Below, in pieces: positions 35,985 to 45,483 of a stretch of 64,000 bases of DNA (position 1 is the stretch's first letter; each line of letters begins with the position of its first letter). Source of the stretch: an uncultured bacterium (lineage in GTDB: Bacteria; Electryoneota; Electryoneia; Electryoneales; Electryoneaceae); contig CAZIDZ010000003.1 in the NCBI GenBank assembly GCA_964538455.1, positions 129,832 through 193,831 of the forward strand, read 5' to 3'. The translations under genes were made by a program, and so were the position numbers. The notes under the pieces are model-generated. The model did not search any database. It saw only the letters and a program-made list of their open reading frames with translations, and was not told where the DNA came from.

Positions 35985-37634
35985 ATGGCTTCACCAACTA
36001 CAGTTAGCGGAATCTCGTCCGGCATTGACTGGCAGGCTACTGTCGATGCCCTGATGCAGATCGAGTATCAGAAAGTGCAGATACTCGACGACCGAAAATC
36101 CGCTTTCGAAAGCAAAAAGACAGCCTGGTCCAGCATCCAAACCAAGCTGCAGACGTTGAAATCCACGTCTGACGACATGGACAAACTCAATGAGGTCCTG
36201 CTCAAACAGGCAACCAGCTCGAATACGGATGCGATTACTGTCAGCGCCAAGGCGAGTGCGGTGGAAGCCACGCACACCGTTGTTGTCAATCAGCTCGCCA
36301 AAAACGAAGTCCTGGTGCACAGCGCCGGTTGGGCGGACGCTTATTCCACCTCGCTGACGACCGCCGGCAACGACTTCGTTTACACGTTTGACGGGACGGA
36401 CTATACAATCACGCTGTCGAATGGATCGACAATCGCGGACCTCGTCGCTGCAATCAACGAAGATACGGATAACCCGGGAGTGACTGCGTCGTTTATTGAT
36501 GATGGCGGAAGCAGTGATCCCGTGCACCTTGTGCTCGCTGCCGATGATCCGTCCGCGGCTTCGGTGCTCTCGATCAACGATGCCGGAACAACGATCGGAG
36601 CGACCGCGGCCGACTTCGATACGGCAAACTGGACGCAGACGCAGGCGCCCCAGGAAGCGCAAATCCGTGTCGACGGGTATCCTCCGGCCTCCTGGATCAC
36701 GCGCACGACGAATACCATTGACGACGTGATCTCCGGGGTGACACTCAATCTCAAGGCCGTCGATGCCTCCGGCACAACGATCACAATCGCAAACGATTCC
36801 GATGCAATCAAATCGAAAATTCAGGGGTGGGTGGACGCGTACAACGACGTCGTCCAGACGATCAATGACTTTTCCTCCTATGATTCGGAAAACGAGATTC
36901 GTGGTGTCCTGATGGACGACAGCCAGGCACGGCTCGTGCGCGATCAGCTGATCTCCGCGGTCACGTCGGAGATCGCGGATCTGCCGGCGGACTCCGCCTA
37001 CACCACGCTCGGTTCAATCGGGGTCGACATCGGCGCCGGCGGACTGCTCACCGTTGACAGTTCCCAGCTCGATGATGCGCTCGCGGATAAGGCGGATGAA
37101 GTCGCAAGTGTTTTCGCGTTCACATCGTCCACGTCGAACTCGACCCTGGAATATCAGTCGTCAAGACCCGAAACTCAGGGCGGCACCTACGACGTTTTCG
37201 CAACCTACACGGCGGCGGGGGTGCTCGATAAAAACGGTACGAATACGATCGGGGGATACGCCGCCACCGTGGAAGGCACCAACATTTTGCGGGGCAAGAA
37301 CGGTACACCCGTTGAAGGATTGAGAATCTGGTTTAACAGTCCCGGAACCGGATCGCCTGGCACGGCGAGCGCCACAATACGCGTCGGGAACGGGCTCTCT
37401 ATCGTCGCCAGTGACCAGGTGGAGCAACTCACTGATTCCGTGGACGGGTTGATCAAGTTGGTCCAGGACAGCTACTCCGAGCAGATCTCGAACCTCGAGG
37501 ACCAGATGGCCGCGTACCAGACACGGCTGGATCAGAAGAAACAGATGCTGACGAATCAGTTCATTGCGATGGAAAAGGCCGTTTCACAAGCCAAGAACCA
37601 GGCGAATTGGGCATCGAGCGCCCTGTCGTCATGA
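35985..37634 (+). CDS. fliD: Flagellar filament cap protein FliD
   Basis: The N-terminus ISGISSGIDWQATVDALMQIEYQKVQ is FliD-like, and the C-terminal coiled coil is LTNQFIAMEKAVSQ. There is a Shine-Dalgarno (GGAGGAG) before ATG 35985. Confidence 0.8.
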   Translation: MASPTTVSGISSGIDWQATVDALMQIEYQKVQILDDRKSAFESKKTAWSSIQTKLQTLKSTSDDMDKLNEVLLKQATSSNTDAITVSAKASAVEATHTVVVNQLAKNEVLVHSAGWADAYSTSLTTAGNDFVYTFDGTDYTITLSNGSTIADLVAAINEDTDNPGVTASFIDDGGSSDPVHLVLAADDPSAASVLSINDAGTTIGATAADFDTANWTQTQAPQEAQIRVDGYPPASWITRTTNTIDDVISGVTLNLKAVDASGTTITIANDSDAIKSKIQGWVDAYNDVVQTINDFSSYDSENEIRGVLMDDSQARLVRDQLISAVTSEIADLPADSAYTTLGSIGVDIGAGGLLTVDSSQLDDALADKADEVASVFAFTSSTSNSTLEYQSSRPETQGGTYDVFATYTAAGVLDKNGTNTIGGYAATVEGTNILRGKNGTPVEGLRIWFNSPGTGSPGTASATIRVGNGLSIVASDQVEQLTDSVDGLIKLVQDSYSEQISNLEDQMAAYQTRLDQKKQMLTNQFIAMEKAVSQAKNQANWASSALSS

Positions 37635-37703
37635 TAGACTGAGTCATACCACCGCCCTTGACGGCGGTGTTCAAGGCCGAGTACACTTGAAGAGGTGTGT
37701 GCC

Positions 37704-38084
37704 ATGCCTGTGCTGAATCCGTACAAGCAGTACGACGACGTCACCTTCGGAACGGCGCATCCGCTGTCGCTGGTCATCTCGACCTATGACGCTGCGATCC
37801 GCTCGCTGAAGGAGGTAATCCGCAGCCTCAAGTCGAACGACGTTGAAAATCGCGTCAAAAACGTCGACCTTTCTTTTGAGTTGATCAGCGAACTGCGGAA
37901 GTCGCTGGATCCGGAAAAAGGCGGCGACATTGCCGAAAAACTGAGCTCGCTGTACGAGTTCTTTATCCGCGAGATCACCGTGGCGAACGCGTATCAGGAT
38001 GCCGACCGCCTCGAACCGGTGATCAAAATATTGCAGGAGTTGCGCGACTCCTGGGTTGAGGTGCGCAGGCAGGTGAAATCCTGA
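37704..38084 (+). CDS. fliS: Flagellin-specific chaperone FliS
   Basis: NPYKQY...TAHPLSLVISTYDAAIRSLKEV...LYEFFIREI is the FliS pattern. Confidence 0.85.
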   Translation: MPVLNPYKQYDDVTFGTAHPLSLVISTYDAAIRSLKEVIRSLKSNDVENRVKNVDLSFELISELRKSLDPEKGGDIAEKLSSLYEFFIREITVANAYQDADRLEPVIKILQELRDSWVEVRRQVKS

Positions 38085-38120
38085 TCGTTCCAAAATACCC
38101 CGATGGGAGGGATCGCCCAG

Positions 38121-38591
38121 ATGGTTAACGGCATTGATAAAACAGGCGCTGCAGGTCCCCTGGGTCCGAAACCGGTCGACCGCGCGCCCGCGCAGGATAC
38201 AGACAAAACCCGGCCGGTTGAGCAGGATGCCGAAACCGGCCGCGGAAAGGACACCGCAAAAATCTCGCCTTCTTCCGCGGAGGTGGCCCGGTACCAGGAA
38301 ATGGCCCGGCTCCACCGCGAGGCGTACGGCCCGCAGGAGCGGACCAAGAAGCTCGATGACGTCCGCCGGCGCGTTCAGGAAAACTATTACGATCAACCCG
38401 AGGTGATTGACAAAATGGCGGGCGGCATCGCCAAGGCCGTGCAGGGAGCTGCCGATGAAACCGGTGTCGAACGGGCCCGTCGTCGAAGCGAAGAGGAATT
38501 TTATGACCGGCCCGAGGTTGTCGACAAAACCGCCGAGAAACTGATCGAACAGATCATTCCCGGACTACAGCGTCAACGGGGCGGGGGTTGA
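38121..38591 (+). CDS. FlgM-like anti-sigma-28 factor (putative; C-terminal motif duplicated)
   Basis: Two copies resemble the FlgM sigma-binding helix (G.Y.VD..KIA..LI): RVQENYYDQPEVIDKMAGGIAKAV and EEFYDRPEVVDKTAEKLIEQII. The N-terminus looks disordered. There is a Shine-Dalgarno (GGGAGGGA) before ATG 38121. Confidence 0.45.
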   Translation: MVNGIDKTGAAGPLGPKPVDRAPAQDTDKTRPVEQDAETGRGKDTAKISPSSAEVARYQEMARLHREAYGPQERTKKLDDVRRRVQENYYDQPEVIDKMAGGIAKAVQGAADETGVERARRRSEEEFYDRPEVVDKTAEKLIEQIIPGLQRQRGGG

Positions 38592-38616
38592 TCCGCTGCC
38601 GCTTTTCAGCCAGCTC

Positions 38617-38641
38617 GGGGCCGTTTCGGCCCCTTTTTCTT
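38617..38641 (+). terminator. Rho-independent terminator
   Basis: GGGGCCG-TTTC-GGCCCC is followed by TTTTTCTT. Confidence 0.7.
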
Positions 38642-38703
38642 GCGGAGTTGCCGCTCCTGTCATGTGAGCGTACCTTCGCAGGTTGACCTCGAAGGTGTTG
38701 CGA

Positions 38704-39813
38704 GTGAACGAACAGAAACGCAATTCCTATTATCGTGAATTGGGCGTCCAGCCGGACGCGACTCCCGGACAGATTCGCGACGCTTATAGGAAACTCGCCA
38801 AACGATACCACCCCGACCGCAACCCGGGCGACAGGGTGGCCGAGGAGCGTTTCAAACGAGTCGGTGAGGCGTACCGCATCCTCACCGATCCCGCACAGCG
38901 GATCGTCTACCATCAGAAAGAGGCGGTGCGCACCCGCGCCAGGGCCGCGGAGAAGAAGAAATCAACCGCTTCCTTCGCGGAACTGTTCAAAAAGGTCTTT
39001 CAGAGCGGTTTCGGCGGAGATACAGACGGGCCCGCCGCCAACGCTCCCGCCCGTGGCAAGGATCAGAAAATCAGCCTGGAGCTCGACGCCTTCGAACTGG
39101 CGGAGGGCACCCGCCGCACCCTCAAGGTCAAGCGGGATATCTCCTGTGAGGTTTGCGGCGGCACGGGGATCAAACCGGGGCACGGGCTGCACGAGTGCTC
39201 CATCTGCCAGGGACTGGGCGAGGTGCCGCGCGTCAAGGACGGGAAAACCATTTTTGTCACCTGTACCAACTGCCAGGGCACCGGGCAGATCATCAAGGAA
39301 CGATGTCTCAATTGCGGCGGGCGAAGCATCGTCCGGAGCGCCGGCACGATTACTGTCGACATCCCTTCGAACAGCCGCGAAGGAACGGTCATTCGCATCT
39401 CAAAGCAGGGGAACGCGGGTCCGTACAGGGGCCGGCCGGGCGACCTGCTGATCGAACTCCGTTCGAAAAACAGCGCCTATTTCGAACAGGACGGGGAGGA
39501 GTTGGTCTACCATTTACCGGTGACGCTGCTTGAGGTTGTAACCGGGGGCGACGTCGAGGTGCCCACGCCCAAGGGGAAGGTAAAGCTGACTCTAAAACCG
39601 GGAGTCGCTCCGGATGCGATTCTGCGAGTGAGGGGAAAGGGGCTGCCAATAACGGGAGGTGGCGCCGGAGACATCCTCGTCCATGTCCACTACCACCTGC
39701 CCGATCGGCTCACCGAAAAAGCGCGGAAGTTGCTCGAGGATCTGGTCAAACAACCGGGATGGTCGCCGCAGAAGGATGAAAACGGATTTGTCCGGAGATC
39801 AAACGAAGAGTAG
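38704..39813 (+). CDS. dnaJ: DnaJ-family chaperone (J domain + CxxCxGxG zinc finger + C-terminal domains)
   Basis: The J domain is YYRELGVQPDATPGQIRDAYRKLAKRYHPDRNP. Four CxxCxGxG repeats are present. I chose GTG 38704 (Shine-Dalgarno AAGGTG) over the upstream TTG 38683. Confidence 0.75.
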   Translation: MNEQKRNSYYRELGVQPDATPGQIRDAYRKLAKRYHPDRNPGDRVAEERFKRVGEAYRILTDPAQRIVYHQKEAVRTRARAAEKKKSTASFAELFKKVFQSGFGGDTDGPAANAPARGKDQKISLELDAFELAEGTRRTLKVKRDISCEVCGGTGIKPGHGLHECSICQGLGEVPRVKDGKTIFVTCTNCQGTGQIIKERCLNCGGRSIVRSAGTITVDIPSNSREGTVIRISKQGNAGPYRGRPGDLLIELRSKNSAYFEQDGEELVYHLPVTLLEVVTGGDVEVPTPKGKVKLTLKPGVAPDAILRVRGKGLPITGGGAGDILVHVHYHLPDRLTEKARKLLEDLVKQPGWSPQKDENGFVRRSNEE

Positions 39814-39904
39814 GAAGCCCCATACGATCTCAACGCCCTGGCTTCCGCTTCTGTTTCTTGAATTATTCCAGCAATAGTAGTCCGTGTTAGCCGCCTATAG
39901 TCAT

Positions 39905-39955
39905 CCCCCGGCTTAACCGGGGGACCCAGTTGTAGCCCGGATTATCGAATCCGGG
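39905..39955. terminator. Two tandem perfect hairpins between convergent dnaJ and trkH (probable bidirectional terminators)
   Basis: The hairpins are CCCCCGG-CTTAA-CCGGGGG (39905-39923) and CCCGGATT-ATCG-AATCCGGG (39936-39955). There is also an upstream GGAAGCC...GGCTTCC stem followed by TCTGTTTCTT at ~39825-39872. Confidence 0.45.
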
Positions 39956-39973
39956 TATCCCGCTAACCGCCGC

Positions 39974-41413
39974 TCACCGGCTCCAGAATGTCCGTGTGAA
40001 CAGCACGAGCACCGTATAGATCTCCAGTCGCCCGGTGATCATCATCATGCTCAGCACCCACTTCCCGACTCCGGGAATCGCCGCGTAGTTGTCCGTCGGG
40101 CCTACTCCGCCGAGACCGGGCCCGATGTTGCTGAGACATGCGACAACGCTGGTAAACGCCGTTACGTGGTCGAGATCGATCAGTGACATGATCAGCGTTC
40201 CGATCGCGAGCAGCACGGCATAGAGCAGCGCAAACGCCAGCACGTTGAGAACGATCTCTTCCTGTATGATCCTTCCTCCCTGGCGGATAGGGTAGAGCGT
40301 CTGCGGGTGGACGAGTTTGTGGAGTTCCACCCGCGCCTGCTTCATCAGCAGCTGGATGCGAATCGCCTTCATCCCGCCCCCGGTGGATCCCGCCATGCCA
40401 CCCATGATCATCAGCAGCACGAGGGCGATCTGCGCCACTGGGTGCCACGCCTCGAAGTTTGCCGTGGCATAGCCCGTCGTCGTGGTGATCGACACTGCGG
40501 TGAACGCTGATTCCCGCAGCGATTTCTCGAGCGGATCCCCCTCGACGAGACGCAGCGCGGTCATCGCGAGCACCGCCGCGATAATGATCGACGCGAAGAA
40601 TCGAAACTCGGGGCTTTGCAGGTACTGCTTCGGCTGTCCTCGCAGGGCATGGTAGTGGAGGTTGAAGCTGACTCCCGCGAGGAACATGAAGACGATGATC
40701 ACCCAGTGGATGTACGCCGAATCGTAATACCCGATCGACGCGCTTTTCGTAGAAAAACCGCCCGTCGCAAGCGTCCCGAACGCGTGGCAGGCGCTGTCGA
40801 AAAGGGGCATTCCGCCGAGCGTCAGCAGCACAACCTCGCAGACCGTGAAGAGCACGTACACGCCCCACAGGATTTCTGCCGTGCTCTTGATGCGGGGGGT
40901 GAGTTTATCGGCGGTCGGCCCCGGGGACTCCGCCTTGAACATCTGCATCCCGCCGATGCCGAGGAACGGGAGAATGGCAATCGAAAAAACGATAATTCCC
41001 ATGCCCCCGACCCAATGGGTGAAGCTGCGCCAGAACAGGATGCCGTGGGGAAGGCTCTCGATGTTCGTCAGGATCGAGGCGCCGGTCGTCGTAAATCCGC
41101 TGGCGGACTCGAAAAAGGCCTCCGTGAACGTCGGGATTGCGCCTGTGATCAGGAAGGGAAGGGAGCCGGCCAGGGACATGCAGAACCAGCCGAGGCTGAC
41201 GACGGCGAATCCATCGCGAAGAGTCAGGTCCACCTTGCCGCGCTTCAACAGCACCAGCAACGACCCGGTAGCCATCACGATCAGCGCGGAAAACGCAATC
41301 CCCAGCGCGTCCCCGTCACCATAAATCAGCGCGATTCCCACCGAGAGCAGCATCGAGGCTCCCAGCAGCAGCAGCAGGGTGCCAACGATGCGGAAAACGG
41401 TTCGTGGATTCAT
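39974..41413 (-). CDS. trkH: TrkH/KtrB-family potassium uptake membrane protein
   Basis: A 479-aa polytopic membrane protein with repeated pore-loop GG motifs (TTTGAS, TTTGYA, GGFSTK). Confidence 0.8.
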   Translation of the reverse strand: MNPRTVFRIVGTLLLLLGASMLLSVGIALIYGDGDALGIAFSALIVMATGSLLVLLKRGKVDLTLRDGFAVVSLGWFCMSLAGSLPFLITGAIPTFTEAFFESASGFTTTGASILTNIESLPHGILFWRSFTHWVGGMGIIVFSIAILPFLGIGGMQMFKAESPGPTADKLTPRIKSTAEILWGVYVLFTVCEVVLLTLGGMPLFDSACHAFGTLATGGFSTKSASIGYYDSAYIHWVIIVFMFLAGVSFNLHYHALRGQPKQYLQSPEFRFFASIIIAAVLAMTALRLVEGDPLEKSLRESAFTAVSITTTTGYATANFEAWHPVAQIALVLLMIMGGMAGSTGGGMKAIRIQLLMKQARVELHKLVHPQTLYPIRQGGRIIQEEIVLNVLAFALLYAVLLAIGTLIMSLIDLDHVTAFTSVVACLSNIGPGLGGVGPTDNYAAIPGVGKWVLSMMMITGRLEIYTVLVLFTRTFWSR

Positions 41414-41422
41414 CGACCAGTC

Positions 41423-42766
41423 CTAGCTGAACAATCGCAGGACGTCCGGCACAGACTCTGGGATGCAGAAGACGACGACACGGTCGCCGACGTAGATCGG
41501 GGTGTCGCCGACCGGGATCTCTCCGAAATCTTTGTGTTCCACCGCGACCACGATAGAACCCTTCGGAAAGTTGATCTCCCGCAGTTTTTTGCCCACGATC
41601 TCCGACCCGGGATCGACCTCGAACTCGTAGGTCTCCGCGTCGACTCCCACCATGTGGCGCAGACTGATGATCCGGCCGATGCGGATGAATTTCAGGATCG
41701 CGTTCGAGGTCAACAGCCGGGGGTTGATCGCCACATCGAGCCCGATCGTTTTCACGATCGGCACGTATTGCGTCTTGCCGATCAGCGTGATCGTTCTCGG
41801 AACCCGCAGGTGGCGCGCGAGCAGCGAGGTGACGATGTTGTCCTCGTCGTCGTCGGTCAGCGCCGCGAAAACATCCATGTCGATGATCCCCTCGCGGGAG
41901 ATCAAATCGATGTCGCTCGCCTCGCCGACAACGATGTCCGTGTTGTCCAGGCCCTCCGCTGCGGCGAGCCCCCGGTCACGGTTCCGTTCGATCAGCTTGA
42001 CGTGAATGCTCTTTTCCTGCTCCAGCTCCTTCGCCACCATCCGACCGATCGGCGTCGCGCCGTACAGCATCACCCGGTGGGTCTCCCAATCCTGATGGCC
42101 CGCAAGCGCAAAGGCGTCCTGGAGGTTCTTCGTATAGCAGGAGATATAGATGTCGTCGCCGACCTCGATATGATCGCTGCCGCGCGGAATGATCGTGCGG
42201 TTTTCGCGGTTGACCGCGACCAGGCGATAGGCGAATTTCCGCAGCTCCGCGATCTCCTGGAGTTTCTTCCCGGCGATCGGCGAACGCTCGACCACCTTCA
42301 AGCCGATGATTGCGATCTCGTCGTTGCAGAAGGTGATGATTTCCTGGACCTGCGGGTAACGAATCAGGCGTACGATTTCCCGGGTCGCCTCCAGCTCCGG
42401 GTGGATGATCAGGTCAATCCCCAGGTCTTCGGGTTTGAGAAAACTGCCCCCGGTGGAAAAGTCCCGGTTGCGAACCCGTGCGATCTTGGTTTTCACGCCG
42501 AATTGCTTCGCGATCATGCAGGTGAGCACATTGACTTCGTCCACGGTGGTCACCGAGATCAGCATGTCCGCGCTCTCGATGCCCGCCTCCTTGAGCACGG
42601 ACGGGCTCGTCCCCGGCCCCTCGATCGCAAGCACATCCAGCGTGTTCGAGATATACTGAATGCGGTCCGGATCGTGATCGACCACCGTGATGTCATGGTT
42701 TTCCTGGCTCAACAATCGCGCCAGGTGGCCGCCGACCTCACCAGCACCGATGATCAAAATATTCAA
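41423..42766 (-). CDS. trkA: TrkA potassium uptake regulator (two RCK/NAD-binding domains)
   Basis: The first RCK domain starts MNILIIGAGEVGGHLARLL and the second starts VMLYGATPIGRMVAKEL. Confidence 0.85.
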   Translation of the reverse strand: MNILIIGAGEVGGHLARLLSQENHDITVVDHDPDRIQYISNTLDVLAIEGPGTSPSVLKEAGIESADMLISVTTVDEVNVLTCMIAKQFGVKTKIARVRNRDFSTGGSFLKPEDLGIDLIIHPELEATREIVRLIRYPQVQEIITFCNDEIAIIGLKVVERSPIAGKKLQEIAELRKFAYRLVAVNRENRTIIPRGSDHIEVGDDIYISCYTKNLQDAFALAGHQDWETHRVMLYGATPIGRMVAKELEQEKSIHVKLIERNRDRGLAAAEGLDNTDIVVGEASDIDLISREGIIDMDVFAALTDDDEDNIVTSLLARHLRVPRTITLIGKTQYVPIVKTIGLDVAINPRLLTSNAILKFIRIGRIISLRHMVGVDAETYEFEVDPGSEIVGKKLREINFPKGSIVVAVEHKDFGEIPVGDTPIYVGDRVVVFCIPESVPDVLRLFS

Positions 42767-44046
42767 AGCTTGACTCCGATAATCTGATCGACACCGCCGA
42801 GATACGGTTGCAGCGGCTTCGGAATGAGGATCCGTCCCTCCGGCGTCTGGAACGTCTCCAGCAACGCCACCATCAACCGGCTCGTCGCCAATCCCGATCC
42901 GTTCAGCGTGTGCGGATACTCGGGCTTGCTGCCAGGCTCACGGCGAAAACGCAGGTTCATCCGCCTCGCCTGGAATTCACCAAAGTTGCTCACGCTACTG
43001 GCCTCAAGCCAAGCGTTTGTGCCCGGAGCCCAGATTTCGATGTCAAAGCATCTCGACGCTCCAAAACTGAGATCTCCCGCGCAAAGCTCCACTATCCGGT
43101 AGGGGAGGGCCAGTGCTTCAAGGATTGCTTCGGCGTGCGAGAGAATCTCCTGTTGCGCCTTCGCACTCTCTTCGGGACGGACGATCTGGACCAGTTCGAC
43201 CTTGTTGAATTGATGGACCCGCCGCAGTCCGTGAGTCTCCTGCCCGTGCGAACCGGCCTCCCGGCGGAAACACGGAGTGTAGGAACAATACTTCTTTGGC
43301 AACTCATCCGGCCCCAGAATCTCATCCGCATGGAAATTCGTCACCGGAACTTCCGCCGTCGGGATCAGGAAAAAATCCTCGCTCTCGATGCGGTAGAGAT
43401 CGTCCTCGAACTTGGGAAGCTGACCTGTGCCGATAGCTGTCGCCCGGTTGACGACGAGGGGCACGATCAGCTCTGTATACCCGTGCTGGCGAGTCTGCAC
43501 GTCGAGCATGTAGTTGATCAGCGCGCGCTCCAGTGCGGCGCCCGCCCCCACATAAACCGGCCAGCCCGTGCCCGTCAGCTTGGCCCCAACCGACATGTCG
43601 AGAATGCGGAGCGATTCGGAGAGCTCCAGGTGATCCTTCAGCTCGAAATCGAACTTCCGTGGTTTGCCCTCCTGCCGCACTACGACATTCGCCTCTGCAC
43701 TCGAACCATCGGGCGCGGACGCATCCGGCTCGTTCGGCCAGTCGAGTAACAGCGCGTCGATCCGCTGGCGAAGATCGCGCTTCCTGTCGTCGATGCCGAC
43801 AGCCTCTTCCCGGATCCGGCGCGCGGCATCCATCTCCTCCGCGGCGTCGCGGCCCGCCTTTTTCGCATCCCCGATCGCTTTACTCGCACGATTCAGATCC
43901 GCCTTCAGATCGTCCGCCGCCTTTGTCAAATCGCGCCACTCCGAATCGAGTTTCAGCACACTCTCGACATCCGCGTCGAATCCCTTCCTCGCGAGCGAAG
44001 CACGCACTTCCTCCGTGTGTTCACGTATCCGGCGAATATCATGCAT
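42763..44046 (-). CDS. serS: Seryl-tRNA synthetase
   Basis: An N-terminal coiled-coil arm is followed by class II motifs (FRREAGS, GLRRVHQFNKVE, GSGLATSR). Confidence 0.9.
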   Translation of the reverse strand: MHDIRRIREHTEEVRASLARKGFDADVESVLKLDSEWRDLTKAADDLKADLNRASKAIGDAKKAGRDAAEEMDAARRIREEAVGIDDRKRDLRQRIDALLLDWPNEPDASAPDGSSAEANVVVRQEGKPRKFDFELKDHLELSESLRILDMSVGAKLTGTGWPVYVGAGAALERALINYMLDVQTRQHGYTELIVPLVVNRATAIGTGQLPKFEDDLYRIESEDFFLIPTAEVPVTNFHADEILGPDELPKKYCSYTPCFRREAGSHGQETHGLRRVHQFNKVELVQIVRPEESAKAQQEILSHAEAILEALALPYRIVELCAGDLSFGASRCFDIEIWAPGTNAWLEASSVSNFGEFQARRMNLRFRREPGSKPEYPHTLNGSGLATSRLMVALLETFQTPEGRILIPKPLQPYLGGVDQIIGVKL

Positions 44047-44079
44047 CTTCTTTGTATCCCAAGTGTTACGATTCCCGAT

Positions 44080-45483
44080 TCAACGCCCTCTGGCGGTGAT
44101 CATCACCCAAAACGTGTTCAACAGAATCTTAATATCGAGCGACACCGACATGTTCTCAAGGTAGAACAGGTCGTACTGGAGCTTCTCGCGGACATCGTCA
44201 AGGTTCGTGTCGTACCCGCGGCGGATCTGCGCCCAGCCGGTGATCCCCGGCTTCGCGTTCAGCCGCCTCGCGTAAAACGGGATCTCTTTGCTGAATTCAT
44301 CGACGAACACACGTCGCTCCGGACGGGGGCCGACCAGGCTCATCTCGCCGAGCAGAACATTCCAGGCTTGGGGGATTTCATCCAGACGGGTGTTCCGCAG
44401 AAAACGACCGACCCGCGTGACCCGCGGATCGTCCGGCGTCGCCCACACCGCGCCCGTCCCTTTTTCCGCATCCGCCTGCATCGTCCGGAATTTGACCACC
44501 GTAAATTCACGCCCCCGGTACCCGACACGCCTCTGCCGGAACAGCGCCGGACCTTTCGAATCGAGCCGGATTGCGAGCGCAATCAGCGCCATGAACGGCA
44601 ACCCGGCGACCAACAGGAACAGCGAGACGAGAATGTCCAGCAACCGCTTGATCAGCTTCCCGGTCGGTGTCATCAGCGCGGGAAACACCTCGAGCAGCGG
44701 AACACCGTACAACTCCCGCGTTTTGGCGTACCCGGCGAGCACCTGCATGAAGTCTGGTTCGATCATCGTGCGCAGCGCATGACGGCTTGCCAGTTCGATT
44801 ACCTCCAGCGTTTTTCCCCTCTCTTCCGGCTCAAGTGCGATCAACGCATACTCGAGAGTCTCCGGGCCAGACTGGTTGGCTTGGGTGATTTTCTCGAAAT
44901 CCTGAAGGGAAATGAGGGGGACGTCCGGCTTCACGGCGGGAAGTTTTTTCTGCGTACAAACCACGTAATGGACCTCGTACCCGTATTCCGGCCTCTGGCT
45001 GATGTGACGGTACAGATTCATCGCTCGCGGACCGCAGCCGAAGAGTGCCGAATGATAGAGCCCGATGCGCCTCATGTACAGCAGGCGCACGAATGTCCGG
45101 AACAGGCTGTGTCCACCACCGACGAAAATCACGAGAAGGATGCCGTAGCTGACCAGCACGATTCTTGTGTTCGTCACCGGGTGGCCGGGGTCCATGCTGA
45201 TGAAAAAGAGCAGGATCACTCCGACTACGACGCCTTTGAAAATCCTCTCCACGGCCTCAAATCGCGAGGTGCTGATCGTCCTCGCGTAGATCCCCTGCAG
45301 GGCGAAGAGCAGCAGCCAGAATACTGTCAGCATCGCAGCAACTGGAATGAACTGTGGCTGCAGCGGCTCGCGGAACAGCCCCGAGGAATAGCGAAGCTGG
45401 TAGGTGAGATAGAAGGCGGCCTGCAGCATCACCAGATCGATCAGCAGCAGGACGGGCGCACGATGGCGGATCAGCCATTTCAT
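44080..45483 (-). CDS. Undecaprenyl-phosphate sugar phosphotransferase (bacterial sugar transferase family, WcaJ/WbaP-like)
   Basis: The N-terminal half has TM segments. The C-terminal half has FTVVKFRTM, RVTRVGRFLRNTRLDEIPQAWNVLLGEMSLVGPRP. Confidence 0.8.
   Translation of the reverse strand: MKWLIRHRAPVLLLIDLVMLQAAFYLTYQLRYSSGLFREPLQPQFIPVAAMLTVFWLLLFALQGIYARTISTSRFEAVERIFKGVVVGVILLFFISMDPGHPVTNTRIVLVSYGILLVIFVGGGHSLFRTFVRLLYMRRIGLYHSALFGCGPRAMNLYRHISQRPEYGYEVHYVVCTQKKLPAVKPDVPLISLQDFEKITQANQSGPETLEYALIALEPEERGKTLEVIELASRHALRTMIEPDFMQVLAGYAKTRELYGVPLLEVFPALMTPTGKLIKRLLDILVSLFLLVAGLPFMALIALAIRLDSKGPALFRQRRVGYRGREFTVVKFRTMQADAEKGTGAVWATPDDPRVTRVGRFLRNTRLDEIPQAWNVLLGEMSLVGPRPERRVFVDEFSKEIPFYARRLNAKPGITGWAQIRRGYDTNLDDVREKLQYDLFYLENMSVSLDIKILLNTFWVMITARGR

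Noticed and set aside
37660-37700. Possible sigma-70-like promoter (CTTGAC-18-TACACT) upstream of fliS
   Set aside because: The spacer length and -10 are weak. fliS may simply be co-transcribed with fliD, which has no terminator after it apart from a T-less hairpin.
39930-39960. tRNA-like hairpin GCCCGGATT-ATCG-AATCCGGGT
   Set aside because: The loop is 4 nt and not the 7-nt TpsiC loop. No acceptor, D or anticodon arms can be built from flanking sequence on either strand. It is treated as a terminator/REP-like hairpin.
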